Source: a bacterium
GTDB lineage: Bacteria; UBA8248
Assembly (NCBI GenBank): GCA_965221165.1
Contig: CBDCRP010000002.1
Location: 1,408,001-1,472,000, forward strand
Length of the DNA stretch: 64,000 nt
Reading direction: 5' to 3'
In this document: positions 12,151 through 22,444 of the stretch, piece after piece
How the letters are laid out: each line of letters opens with the position of its first letter
How positions within the stretch are numbered: the first letter of the stretch is position 1
Program-made: the position numbers and the translations under genes
The notes under the pieces: model-generated
Databases searched by the model: none
Seen by the model: only the letters and a program-made list of their open reading frames with translations
Told to the model about the DNA's origin: nothing

Positions 12151-13356
12151 GTGGATATTCAAGAGGCTAAAATCGCCATATCGAAGCACATCGACGATGA
12201 GGCGGACGCGCTGTGGGCGCTCTCTCTCACGATTCACGCCGACCCAGAATTGAGCTTGGAGGAGCACCGCGCGGCCGAGCGCCTGTGCGCCTATCTCGAG
12301 GAAAACGGATTTACCCTCACCCGGGGCCTGGCGAATCTGTCCACCGCGTTTCGCGCGGACAGACGCGCGGCGGATGAGCTAAAGCCATCCGTCTCGTTCT
12401 TATCGGAATACGATGCACTACCTGGCCTCGGGCACGCCTGCGCCCACAACATCATCGGGGTCGCCAGCGCGGCTGCGGGCGTTGCGCTCAAAGAAGCGCT
12501 CGGCCCCGAATGCGGAGGCGTCACTGTTTTCGGTACACCCGGAGAGGAGGGTGGAGGCGGCAAGATTTTGATGGCGCAAACCGGCATGTTTCAGGAGGTG
12601 GGCGCCGCCATGATGATGCACCCATCGAACGAAACCAGGGTCGAGGTAAATTTTCTCGCGCTCTCCGAACTCCGTTTTCATTTCAGGGGACGCGCCGCGC
12701 ACGCCTCCGCGGCGCCCGAGCAAGGCGTCAACGCGCTCGACGCCCTCATCGCCACGTTCAACGCCGTCTCCTTGCTTCGCCAGCAGCTTCCCCAGGGAGA
12801 CCGCGTGCACGGCGTCATCACCGAAGGCGGGGAAGCGCCCAACATCATCCCCGAGAAAACCTCTGCGTGGTTTTTCGTGAGAAGCGACACGCTGGAAGGA
12901 CTCGCAGAGCTGTGCTCGCGGGTCGTCGCCTGCGCGGAAGGGGCGTCCCGAGCCACGGGCGCGGAACTCGAAACGGAAAAAAGCCCCATCACCTACGATC
13001 CTATGCGGCCCAACTCCCCGCTGGCGTCATTATTTCTGAAAAACCTGAACCGACTCGGCGTTCACGAACCGGACTCGCCACCGCCCCTGCGGATGGGATC
13101 GTCCGACTTGGGAAACGTCAGCCAGCAAACGCCTACCATTCATCCGCAAATCCAGATGGCTCCCCCGGGAGTTTCCGCGCACACTCAGGAGTTCGCCGAA
13201 GCATCGGCGGGAGCGGAAGGCAGGCGAGTCCTGCTCACCGGTGCCAAGGCGCTGGCGATGACGGGAGCGGACTTTCTTCTGGATGAGGGCGCGCGCAAAG
13301 AGATTGAAGCCGAATTCGCGCGCCTGGGAAATGAAAAACGAAAAACGGAAATCTAA
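12151..13356 (+). CDS. M20 family amidohydrolase (ACY1L2/AbgB-like)
   Basis: EYDALPGLGHACAHN, GTPGEEGGGGK and GSSDLGNVS motifs. Confidence 0.9.
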   Translation: MDIQEAKIAISKHIDDEADALWALSLTIHADPELSLEEHRAAERLCAYLEENGFTLTRGLANLSTAFRADRRAADELKPSVSFLSEYDALPGLGHACAHNIIGVASAAAGVALKEALGPECGGVTVFGTPGEEGGGGKILMAQTGMFQEVGAAMMMHPSNETRVEVNFLALSELRFHFRGRAAHASAAPEQGVNALDALIATFNAVSLLRQQLPQGDRVHGVITEGGEAPNIIPEKTSAWFFVRSDTLEGLAELCSRVVACAEGASRATGAELETEKSPITYDPMRPNSPLASLFLKNLNRLGVHEPDSPPPLRMGSSDLGNVSQQTPTIHPQIQMAPPGVSAHTQEFAEASAGAEGRRVLLTGAKALAMTGADFLLDEGARKEIEAEFARLGNEKRKTEI

Positions 13357-13357
13357 C

Positions 13358-15580
13358 GTGAAACCACGCCCTTACATCATCGCCATCCTCGGCATGTTTC
13401 TGCTGCCTACGCTCGCATGGCCTGCGCCAAAGGCGCGCCGCACACGCGCAACGAAGCCAATGATCGAGAACCAGGCCGCGCACTCGGCCCTGTTCGCAAA
13501 GCTCGAAAAACTCCTAGCGATGAAGCGATATGACGAACTCATCCGGACGCTGCACCGGGAAAAAACGAACCTGGGCGGCAAGCGTTCTTTTTTGCTGGGA
13601 CACGCCCACTTGAAGCTCAAGCAATATCGCCCGGCCATCAAGTCATTCCAAAAAGCGCTCGAGCAGATTCCCGCGCTCGAGAACTACTCGCTTTTGTTTC
13701 TGGCGAAAGCCGCGATCGGAGCCAAGGATGACGACATCGCCCGGCGCGCGCTCGAGAGACTGGTCAAGAAAGGGAAAAAAACTCCCGAGCCTCCCTTCGT
13801 CTACGAAGAACTGATACGCATACACCGGGAGGAAAAACGGCCCCTGCGCGCGGCGAAGCTCGCAAGGCGCTACATCCTCTTGTTCCCGAAAAGCATCAAG
13901 GCACCGGATTTTCTGCTCATGCGCGCCAAGGTGCTCCGCGCCGCGCGGCGAAATCGAGAGGCCGCGCTCGCCTTTCGGGAGTTGTGGCGGCGGCATCCCG
14001 AGCACCCCGGCGCGCGAAGGGCGCTCAAACGCGCGTTGAGAATCGGCGCCGCGCTCTCTCCGCCGCTCAAAAAACCGGGACCCAAGACCTACTACGAACG
14101 CGCCCGCCTCCTCAGAAAGCGCTATCACTTCGAAAAGGCATTGAGAGGCTTTCGAGACTTGAAGCGCCTGTTTCCCAAGTCTCCCTACCATAGGGGCACC
14201 GTCTTCAACGAAGCGCTCGCGCTCTTTTCCCTGCGCAAAACGAAACAGGCGGACCCCGCCCTCAGGCACGCCATCAGACATTACCGCGTAGGCAGCTCCC
14301 AGCGGGCGGAGGCGCGGTATTATCTGGGCAGAAATCACCTGCGCAAGGGAGATCAACCCGCCTTCGAAAAACAGGCGCATCGCTTGCTCAAGGAGACGCG
14401 AAAAGGTAAATGGGCGGCGAAGACGCGCTTCCTGCTGGCCCGCGTATACGAGGACGACCGCGCTTACAAAAAATCCGCGCGCTATTTCAAAGAGGTGATC
14501 TCCAAGCACCCGCGTTCCCCGCTGGCGCCCAAGGCGCTGTTCCAACTCGCATGGCTTCGCTTCCAGTCCAATGACTTCCGCCGGGCGCACCAGGGATTCT
14601 CCAGGATGAAAACCACCTACCCCGAACATTGGCTGGTCTCATCCGCCACCTACTGGGCCGGCGTCTCGGCGGAAAAAAGGGGCGAGCGAAAGAGCGCCCT
14701 CGCCCAATACCGCGCCTGCGCCCGGGAACATCGCCACCGCTATTACGGACAGCAAGCCCTGCGCGCGATCGCCCGTCTCGCGCGGGGGGGAGAATCAGAC
14801 GCACCGAAACCGCCCCCCCTGAGTGAAGCCGGCTACCGGAAGTGGATGCGCCCTCCCCCGAAAAGCGCCGCTATCCGGGAGGTGGCCCGAATGCTCTCCT
14901 CCATGGGCTTTCATGAACACGCCGCCCTGGAGTACCGCCGCCTCGGCCCATCGCCGTATTCGCGCTATTTCGCGGCGCGCGCTTTCACGGAAGCGGGACA
15001 AAGCCACCGCGCCATTCATCTGATCAACGAATCCTTTTGGGACGCGGTACGCGCGGGCGGGAGCGACTTGCCGAGGGATTTCTGGAAAACCGTCTATCCG
15101 CTCGTCGTCAAACACACCGAACCCGGCGGGGCGAACCTCTATCTGGTGAACGCCATCATCAGGGCGGAGAGCGCCTTCGACCCGCGCGCGTTCTCCCCCG
15201 CCGGCGCCCGGGGGCTGATGCAGCTCATGCCCGCGACCGGACGCAGGCTCGCGAGAAAACACAAAATCCGCATCAAATCCGTAAGCGACCTGTTCGACCC
15301 GGAGGTCAACACCCGCCTGGGCGCGAGGCACCTGGGCGCGCTCATTCGCGAGTTCGGCGGCGCGCTCGTTCCCGCGATAGCGAGCTACAACGCTGGCCGG
15401 GGCGCGGTCAAAAGATGGTGGAAAGCCGGACGCGGCAAGCCGATGGAAATCTTCATCGAGGAGATTCCCTACCAGGAAACGAAAAACTACGTCAAAAGAG
15501 TGTTGGGCTACTACCACGAATACAAAAGAATCTACGGAGAGACGAATCGCTCGAACGCGCTGAGGGCGCCTCCCTCATGA
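13358..15580 (+). CDS. slt: Soluble lytic transglycosylase with TPR repeats (Slt-like)
   Basis: Signal peptide, TPRs and SLT domain (IRAES, GLMQLMPAT, ASYNAG, ETKNYV); start placed at GTG 13358. Confidence 0.9.
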   Translation: MKPRPYIIAILGMFLLPTLAWPAPKARRTRATKPMIENQAAHSALFAKLEKLLAMKRYDELIRTLHREKTNLGGKRSFLLGHAHLKLKQYRPAIKSFQKALEQIPALENYSLLFLAKAAIGAKDDDIARRALERLVKKGKKTPEPPFVYEELIRIHREEKRPLRAAKLARRYILLFPKSIKAPDFLLMRAKVLRAARRNREAALAFRELWRRHPEHPGARRALKRALRIGAALSPPLKKPGPKTYYERARLLRKRYHFEKALRGFRDLKRLFPKSPYHRGTVFNEALALFSLRKTKQADPALRHAIRHYRVGSSQRAEARYYLGRNHLRKGDQPAFEKQAHRLLKETRKGKWAAKTRFLLARVYEDDRAYKKSARYFKEVISKHPRSPLAPKALFQLAWLRFQSNDFRRAHQGFSRMKTTYPEHWLVSSATYWAGVSAEKRGERKSALAQYRACAREHRHRYYGQQALRAIARLARGGESDAPKPPPLSEAGYRKWMRPPPKSAAIREVARMLSSMGFHEHAALEYRRLGPSPYSRYFAARAFTEAGQSHRAIHLINESFWDAVRAGGSDLPRDFWKTVYPLVVKHTEPGGANLYLVNAIIRAESAFDPRAFSPAGARGLMQLMPATGRRLARKHKIRIKSVSDLFDPEVNTRLGARHLGALIREFGGALVPAIASYNAGRGAVKRWWKAGRGKPMEIFIEEIPYQETKNYVKRVLGYYHEYKRIYGETNRSNALRAPPS

Positions 15581-16791
15581 GCAACCCGCGCTCCCTTTTG
15601 GCCATCGGCCTGATGTCGGGAACCTCCGCCGACGGCGTGGACGCCGCCCTGGTCCGGATTCTCTCGGACGATAGCCCAGAAGTCGAAACGCTGGGCTTTC
15701 ACGCTGCCCCCTACCCAAGGAGTCTAAGGGAGCGGATTCTGCTGGCTGCGGGCGAGGAAGGTGCGCGGACGGACGAGATATGCTCGCTGCACCGGGAGGT
15801 GGGCGAGGCCTTCGCCTCCGCCGCGCTCGAGGTGGCGTCAAGGGCGAAAATTCCAATAGAGAGAATCGATTTTCTGGGCAGCCACGGTCAAACGGTGCGG
15901 CATCTTCCGGAGGGCACGGAGGGTGAGCGCAGGCCACTGCTCCCTTCCACCTTTCAGATAGGCGACCCCGCTTTCATTGTCGCGCGCACGGGAATCACTT
16001 CCGTCTGCGATTTTCGTCCGCGAGACGTAGCCGCGGGCGGCGCGGGCGCTCCCCTGACTCCCTGGGCGCACCGGATTCTCTTCAGCCGAGAAAACGCCGC
16101 CTCCGCCTTCTTGAATCTGGGCGGTATCTCGAACATCACCTACCTCCCCCCCGTGGGCGAGGAGGGTATTTTCGGCTTCGATTGCGGACCTGCGAACATG
16201 ACGCTCGACGTTCTCGCACGGCGGATCACGAACGGGGAGAAAACTCACGACACAGGCGGCAACCTCGCGGCGGCGGGCCGCGTATGTCCCGACACCTTGG
16301 CCGAACTTAAACGACATGCCTATCTGAAACGAAAACCGCCCAAAAGCACGGGCAGGGAGATGTTCGGCGAGGCGTTCACCGATGAAGCCATCGAGCGCAT
16401 GGCCTCGCGCGCGAGCGACCCGAAGGACGCCATTGCCACGCTCACCGCTTTTTCCGCTTCGTGCGTCGCGGATGCGATACGAGACTTTTTCCCGAAAGAC
16501 GCGCCACCCGCCGAGGTGATAATCGGTGGTGGCGGCGTCCACAACAAAACCCTCATGCGCCGCCTGCGCGACGCCCTCGGCGATCTCCCCCTCGTAAGAA
16601 GCGATGCGAGGGGCGTTTCGCCCGATGCGGTCGAGGCCGTCTGTTTCACCCTGTTGGCGTGGGGCACACTTTCCGGGCAAGCGAACAACCTGCCGAGCGT
16701 TACCGGCGCAAAAGAGGCCGTATGCCTCGGAAACATCACGCCGGGGCGGAATTTCGCCTCACTGATGCGGCGTTTTCACGACGCCGTATGA
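15577..16791 (+). CDS. anmK: Anhydro-N-acetylmuramic acid kinase
   Basis: GLMSGTSADGVD, GSHGQT, LNLGGISN, FDCGPAN and PKSTGRE motifs; ATGA overlap with slt. Confidence 0.96.
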   Translation: MSNPRSLLAIGLMSGTSADGVDAALVRILSDDSPEVETLGFHAAPYPRSLRERILLAAGEEGARTDEICSLHREVGEAFASAALEVASRAKIPIERIDFLGSHGQTVRHLPEGTEGERRPLLPSTFQIGDPAFIVARTGITSVCDFRPRDVAAGGAGAPLTPWAHRILFSRENAASAFLNLGGISNITYLPPVGEEGIFGFDCGPANMTLDVLARRITNGEKTHDTGGNLAAAGRVCPDTLAELKRHAYLKRKPPKSTGREMFGEAFTDEAIERMASRASDPKDAIATLTAFSASCVADAIRDFFPKDAPPAEVIIGGGGVHNKTLMRRLRDALGDLPLVRSDARGVSPDAVEAVCFTLLAWGTLSGQANNLPSVTGAKEAVCLGNITPGRNFASLMRRFHDAV

Positions 16792-16863
16792 GGCGGCGCA
16801 TACACAAATTACCCAAAATGTGACATCATGCTCTCTCTATTCTCGACTAACAGGAGGCGCCAC

Positions 16864-18051
16864 TTGGACACGACCATCGAGACGCAAGCCATCTCACTCA
16901 CCAAAGAATTGATCGGGATTCCCAGCGAGAATCCCACGGGGGATGAGTCCGCCATGTCGGATCGGATGGAAGCGTTTTTTCGAGAGGTCGGCCTCGAGGC
17001 GGTGCGCGAGCGCGTGGACGAGAGACGTGAAAACGTGACCGCCGAGATCACGGGCGCGGGAGGCGGCCCCGCCCTCGTCTTCCTCAACCACATGGATACC
17101 GTGCCAGCGGGCGAGGGCTGGTCGCGCAATCCATTTCTCGCGGCCGAGGCGGACGGAAAAATCTGGGGGCGGGGAAGCTGCGACATGAAGGGCGGCATCG
17201 CCGCCAGCCTCGCGGCCATCGCGGATATCAAGAAACGAATCGACGGCGGCGCGAAGGCGCAAGCCACGGTTCGCTGCTGCATGGTGGTGGATGAGGAAAG
17301 CGGCTGCATGACCGGTACGGCGGCGGCCATAGAGAGTGGGCACATCGGCGCGGAGGACATCGTGATTTCCTGCGAGCCGACCGAACTTTCCCTAGTAACG
17401 GCGCAAAAAGGCGCCATGTGGTTCGAACTCATTTTCAGAGGCAAAAGTGCCCACGCCGCGACGCCCCTCATGGGCGCGGACGCGATTCATGCCGCATCCC
17501 ACATGGTGGTAGCTCTCCAAGAAGCCGTAGCACAAATACCCTACGAAGACCCGCTTCTGGGACGATGCACCATGATCACCAGCATCATCAAGGGAGGACA
17601 TAAAACCAACGTGGTGTCCGAGAGATGCGAGATGCAGATAGACTCCCGCTTCGTTCCACCCCTTCAGGTAACCGACATCCAGCAGATCATTCACGAAAAA
17701 GCCGCCGAGGCGTGCGCCCGGGTGGCCGGGGTCGAACTCTCCTTACGCCCCACCATTGCGGACCGCCCCCCTGTTACGGCGGATACCGACAGCGCAGGTG
17801 CGAGACTCATTCTGGAGACTTTAAAAGAAACCCTAGGCGCTGAACCCATCCCTGCGGGTGTGAGCTATTATTCGGACGCAGGAATGGCCGCAGCGCAAAC
17901 CGGAAATAGAAACTGTTTTCTCGTCGGCCCGGGAAACATCGAACAAGCCCACACGCCCAATGAATTCATCGAAGTCGATTCTCTGAAAAAAGCAGCCCGC
18001 GTCTATACCATTCTGCTCAAGAAATTCGCGCTGGGCGAAACCTCGCGATAG
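16864..18051 (+). CDS. M20 ArgE/DapE family deacylase
   Basis: NHMDTVP, GRGSCDMKGG, DEE and AHTPNE motifs; AGGAGG precedes TTG 16864. Confidence 0.88.
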   Translation: MDTTIETQAISLTKELIGIPSENPTGDESAMSDRMEAFFREVGLEAVRERVDERRENVTAEITGAGGGPALVFLNHMDTVPAGEGWSRNPFLAAEADGKIWGRGSCDMKGGIAASLAAIADIKKRIDGGAKAQATVRCCMVVDEESGCMTGTAAAIESGHIGAEDIVISCEPTELSLVTAQKGAMWFELIFRGKSAHAATPLMGADAIHAASHMVVALQEAVAQIPYEDPLLGRCTMITSIIKGGHKTNVVSERCEMQIDSRFVPPLQVTDIQQIIHEKAAEACARVAGVELSLRPTIADRPPVTADTDSAGARLILETLKETLGAEPIPAGVSYYSDAGMAAAQTGNRNCFLVGPGNIEQAHTPNEFIEVDSLKKAARVYTILLKKFALGETSR

Positions 18052-18135
18052 CCATTCCCGTCACCGTCTCTTCTACTTTTTGTTCTCCACTGCTCATGCC
18101 AAGCCGAGGCGAATGAAATTTGGGACCGGAAATCA

Positions 18136-20775
18136 TCAGGAGCGCCCGTCCAGCGCCCGGAGCATCTCCTTGATGCTATCGAGCGATTCTGACGCACCAA
18201 GTTCCCGAAAAATACGGCCCGCCTCCGTCAAGCGCCCACGCGAAGCTTCCCACTCCCGCTCCTCGAAATCCACCCGGCCTAAATTTCCCAGCACCACCGC
18301 CTGAGCGAGGGCGTCGTCCAGTTCGCGACTAATCACCAGGGCCGTTTCATACGCTTCGCGCGCTTCCGGGAAATCTCCCCGCGCGTAGTGAATGTTCCCC
18401 ATGCCACTCAAGTTCGCCGCCTCGCTTTTTCTGTTCTCAAGTCCACGATTCAGGCGCAAGGCATTTTCGTAGTACCGCAGCGCGCGCGTGAATTGCTCTT
18501 GCGCCGCAAAGCTCACCCCCATCTGGCCGAACACTAGGGCTTCACCCGCCTTGTCCCCGGTTTTTTGGCAAAGATTCAAGGCTTCCTCCAGGCTCGTTTG
18601 AGCAAGTTCGTACTCCCCCGCCTCGCTCCGAACGGAAGCCAGCGCGATGTGCGCCCGCGCCTCGCTGCGCCTATTTCCCAATCTGTGATACAAGTGCGCC
18701 GCTTCAGAAAAGTGTTCTTTGGCTTTTCCGTTATCCCCAAAACGGCGCAACAATCGACCGATCCGCATGCGCAAGGTGGAGAGTTGCGTGAGCTCTCCCT
18801 GTGGTCCGATGCAACCGAGCGCCTTTTCGTAGGATTCCGCCGCCCGCGCGTAATCACCCTTGCGCTGATAAAAATACCCCAGATTCCTGTAGATCACCGC
18901 CTGTATAGACGCATCCCGGCCCGCTTCACGGAAAGCCTCGCGACAATAGGATATCGCGGGCTCCACTTTGTCCCGCAGGCAGGAGGCCACGGCCAGCGCG
19001 TTAAGAACGGGCGCGAGCCGACTCGTGCGCCGCAGTGATTCTTTGAGGTGGTCCGTAGCCTCCTCGTTATGTCCCAGAATCATCTCGATAATAGCCAAGC
19101 GCAAGAACTCCTCAGCCGTTGGCGTCTGACGGCTATTCTCGCGCTGGTCCAGATCAATGCGAGAGGCATTCGCCACCCCCGAGGTCCAGGCGGGAAGAGT
19201 TTGATCCATGCTTTCTACCAGAAGTAAATCACCCGGGAAAATATCCTCCACGAGTTCACGTATCAATTCAGAGGGCGTGTTCGCTGGAGCCTCATGCGAA
19301 GCAGCCGGCAACGAAGCGTCGCCAGTGCGGGCGAGTTGCTCCACATCATCGTCTAGTGGAAAATCAGGCTCCTCAGCGACGAGTTCCTCTTCAGTTTCCT
19401 CATCAGGAGTGTCGCTTCCCGAAAAAGCTTCATCCTCTCTGCGCTCTCGCTGAATGAGGGAGATGAGATCATCCTCGGGAGCGAGCGCCGGAGCGACTTC
19501 CTCTTTCGGCTCTGGACGGGAAGGGATATCTTCGGACTCAAGCGCTCGCACATCGGGGGAAACCTCATAGGCTTCATCCTCATTGAGAGTCATCTCCGCA
19601 TCCCGAGGCGGTAGGTTTTCTTCCTCTTGCATCTCCTCCTGGTCCCTGAACCGAGACTCCGGCAGTGATTCCCGCATGGTCTCCGGGGCCTCATCATCCA
19701 CATCTTCTCCCGCCTCCTGCGCGGGTTCAGGAAGGATCTCCGCCACGCCCTCACCCTCACGCGTGAGTTGTAGAACCTCGCCTTCTTCCTCATCATGAGG
19801 CGCATCGTCGTCGGAAAGCGCAGCATTGCGGATCTCGCTCACAGCAGGAATCCGCAAGCGCTTGGGAACGTCTGCGTCTTCGCCCGATTCGTCGGCTTCA
19901 GGAGCCGCTTCCTTTTTAGCGAGAACACCTTCGCCTACGGGCAAGATTCCCGGTTTGGCCGCATTGTCCGCCGCATCCACGAAATCCCCGTATCTTTCCA
20001 CCAATGAATCCTGCGGTTCTGCAGAAACATCTCCCTGCGCATCGGATGAGTCCGCCACCTCAGGTCTGAGGACCTCACGCACCGAGTCTCCCACATTAAG
20101 GAGCGGCGCATAACGCTCGGGCGAAAGTTCTTCTTGCGTTTTTTCATCCAAAATTCGCGTTTCAGGGGCGGCTCCAGCCCCTGCCCGCTCATCTCCCCCG
20201 AAAACGGTTCGTGTGTCTTCCACTGGGTGATGAGAAATATCATCCTCCGGTGATTCGCGCGTCTCATCCGAGGTGACGTCCACCAGTTGGTCCACGGCTC
20301 GGCGGTATCCCGCTTCCTGGGGTGCCGGCAAATCCTCCCACCAGGGCGCGCTTGACTCCACGGTAGGTACATCATCCACTGGAAGCTCAGCCTCCTCATC
20401 CTCTTCAAGAAGAACCTCATCTTCGGGGAGAACCTCGCGCCTCTCCTCTTCGATCACTCGTACACCTTCTTCTATGTCATCCAGCGAACCTAGTAAATTT
20501 TCATCCGCCTCGGGGACATCCTCGCGTTGCGCCGATTCTGCTTTCCCCTCCTCGACATCAGGAATAAAATCCTCGATGAACCGTGATGAAACATCCTCCC
20601 AACCGTCAGGCGCGCCACCCCCAGACCCGCCTTCCAAGAGCCCTCCCCATCTTTGCGCCGAAAGCCCGCTGCGTCTCATGGCACGGCGGCGCATCCACAA
20701 AACGACGGGGATGCTCAGCAAGGCGAGCAAACCCACCACGCCGAACGCCACTTTCCAGGTAACAGCGTCAAACAT
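18136..20775 (-). CDS. Membrane-anchored protein with a long acidic low-complexity linker and a C-terminal TPR array
   Basis: N-terminal TM helix, long D/E/P-rich region, then multiple TPRs (e.g. YRNLGYFY, NLSGMGNIHY). Confidence 0.8.
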   Translation of the reverse strand: MFDAVTWKVAFGVVGLLALLSIPVVLWMRRRAMRRSGLSAQRWGGLLEGGSGGGAPDGWEDVSSRFIEDFIPDVEEGKAESAQREDVPEADENLLGSLDDIEEGVRVIEEERREVLPEDEVLLEEDEEAELPVDDVPTVESSAPWWEDLPAPQEAGYRRAVDQLVDVTSDETRESPEDDISHHPVEDTRTVFGGDERAGAGAAPETRILDEKTQEELSPERYAPLLNVGDSVREVLRPEVADSSDAQGDVSAEPQDSLVERYGDFVDAADNAAKPGILPVGEGVLAKKEAAPEADESGEDADVPKRLRIPAVSEIRNAALSDDDAPHDEEEGEVLQLTREGEGVAEILPEPAQEAGEDVDDEAPETMRESLPESRFRDQEEMQEEENLPPRDAEMTLNEDEAYEVSPDVRALESEDIPSRPEPKEEVAPALAPEDDLISLIQRERREDEAFSGSDTPDEETEEELVAEEPDFPLDDDVEQLARTGDASLPAASHEAPANTPSELIRELVEDIFPGDLLLVESMDQTLPAWTSGVANASRIDLDQRENSRQTPTAEEFLRLAIIEMILGHNEEATDHLKESLRRTSRLAPVLNALAVASCLRDKVEPAISYCREAFREAGRDASIQAVIYRNLGYFYQRKGDYARAAESYEKALGCIGPQGELTQLSTLRMRIGRLLRRFGDNGKAKEHFSEAAHLYHRLGNRRSEARAHIALASVRSEAGEYELAQTSLEEALNLCQKTGDKAGEALVFGQMGVSFAAQEQFTRALRYYENALRLNRGLENRKSEAANLSGMGNIHYARGDFPEAREAYETALVISRELDDALAQAVVLGNLGRVDFEEREWEASRGRLTEAGRIFRELGASESLDSIKEMLRALDGRS

Positions 20776-22375
20776 TCGCCTTCCTCCGTCGGAAAAGTTT
20801 GCGCAGTGCTCGGCCCGGGCGCGCTCCGGTATGGGTTCCCCCTTCCACGACAACCTCACCGTTCACGAGGACCATCTCGACGCCAGAAGGATACGCGATG
20901 GGACGCTCATAAGTGCACTCATCGCGTATCTCGTCCGGATCGAACAACACGAGATCGGCCTTCATCCCTATCGCTAGACGTCCCCGATCCGCTATGCCCA
21001 GCCGATCGCAGGGAGCGGAGGTCATCTTCCGTATCGCCTCGGTGAGCGGGAACAGGCCCTCGTCTCGCGCCAGCGCGCCCAAGACAAAGGGAAAAGTGCC
21101 GAAATTTCTCGGGTGAGGCCTGCCCGCGCCCAGGGGCGGCTCGTGCGTGAGCGCGCCCGCGTCCGAACCCACCATGACGTAGGGCTTGCCGAGAATGCGC
21201 CGCATGTTCTCCGCACTCATCATGAAAATGAGAATCTCGACGTTCATCCTCTCCTCGATCAGCAAATCGAGCATCGCATCCACGGGGGCCTCGCCTCGGG
21301 TCTCGCCCAGGCGCGCGAGGGTGAGGCCCTCGCAAGGCTGATTCGCCTCCGTGAACACCCGGCTGATCAGGATGTTCTCCCAATAGGAGGGCTCGGGGTG
21401 CGCTTGTATGATTTCGCCCCTTATCCTCGCCCTGGTTTCCGAGTCCGCGAGACGCTCCACCTTCTCATCAACAGCGCCGTCATGCGCCCAATCGGGCAGG
21501 AGCGCGCTCAAGTGGGTGTTCGAGGCCGTGTAGGGATAGCGATCACAGGTGACGTCCTCTCCCCTCTCTCTCGCGCGTTCGATGCGGGTGAAGGCCTCGT
21601 CGAGCTTGTCCCAATTCCGCTCGCCCGCCGTCTTCAAATGGCTGATCTGGAGCGGCAGCCCAGCCGATGCGGCCGTGCCAATCACCTCGTCCATCGCCTC
21701 TAGCAGCGCATCTCCCTCGCTGCGCATGTGGGTAGCCAGCAGTCCCCTGCCTCGCGCCGAAACCCGGCAAAGGGCCATGAGTTCACTCTTATCCGCGAAG
21801 CAAGCCGGCGCATACACCAATCCGGTGGACAAGCCAAAAGCCCCCTGCCTCATCCCCACGGCGAACATTTCCTCCATCGCGGCAAGTTCCTCCGCGCGAG
21901 CCGGGCGTGCCTCGCCGCCCATGACGCTCGCTCGAATCGTATTGTGGCCTGCCAGATGGGCGTAGTTAATCGATACACCCACCTCGTCGAGGCGATCAAG
22001 ATGCTCGCCCACACTCTGAAACGAGAGGTCCAGATCGAATTGTTCCCCATACCATTTCTTACGCTCCTCGAACTCAGCCCCGTAAATCGGGGAGGCGGCG
22101 TAGCCGCAGTTGCCACCCACGTCGGTCGTCACTCCTTGGCGGACTTTCGCGTGTGCCTCGGGGTTGATGAGGATGTAGTAATCCGAATGGCCGTGAATAT
22201 CGACGAACCCCGGACTTAAGGCCAGACCTCTCGCGTCGACCTCACGACGGGCGAAGCCACTCACTTCGGGGCCCACATCTGCGATGAGATTTCCGCGAAC
22301 GGCAAGCGCACCCTCATAAGGGGCCTTGCCCAGACCATCAAATATCGTGGCATGGTGAAATATGACATCATACAT
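20768..22375 (-). CDS. N-acyl-D-amino-acid deacylase (D-aminoacylase)
   Basis: PGFVDIHGHSD, GVTTDVGGNCG, THMRSE, SHLK, GSDAG and PHPRNFGTF motifs. Confidence 0.92.
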   Translation of the reverse strand: MYDVIFHHATIFDGLGKAPYEGALAVRGNLIADVGPEVSGFARREVDARGLALSPGFVDIHGHSDYYILINPEAHAKVRQGVTTDVGGNCGYAASPIYGAEFEERKKWYGEQFDLDLSFQSVGEHLDRLDEVGVSINYAHLAGHNTIRASVMGGEARPARAEELAAMEEMFAVGMRQGAFGLSTGLVYAPACFADKSELMALCRVSARGRGLLATHMRSEGDALLEAMDEVIGTAASAGLPLQISHLKTAGERNWDKLDEAFTRIERARERGEDVTCDRYPYTASNTHLSALLPDWAHDGAVDEKVERLADSETRARIRGEIIQAHPEPSYWENILISRVFTEANQPCEGLTLARLGETRGEAPVDAMLDLLIEERMNVEILIFMMSAENMRRILGKPYVMVGSDAGALTHEPPLGAGRPHPRNFGTFPFVLGALARDEGLFPLTEAIRKMTSAPCDRLGIADRGRLAIGMKADLVLFDPDEIRDECTYERPIAYPSGVEMVLVNGEVVVEGGTHTGARPGRALRKLFRRRKANV

Positions 22376-22444
22376 TGCGGACTGTCCGTGGCGGATTAGA
22401 CTCGAACGTCGACAGCAGCAGCAGAAACAATTATGAGCGAATCC

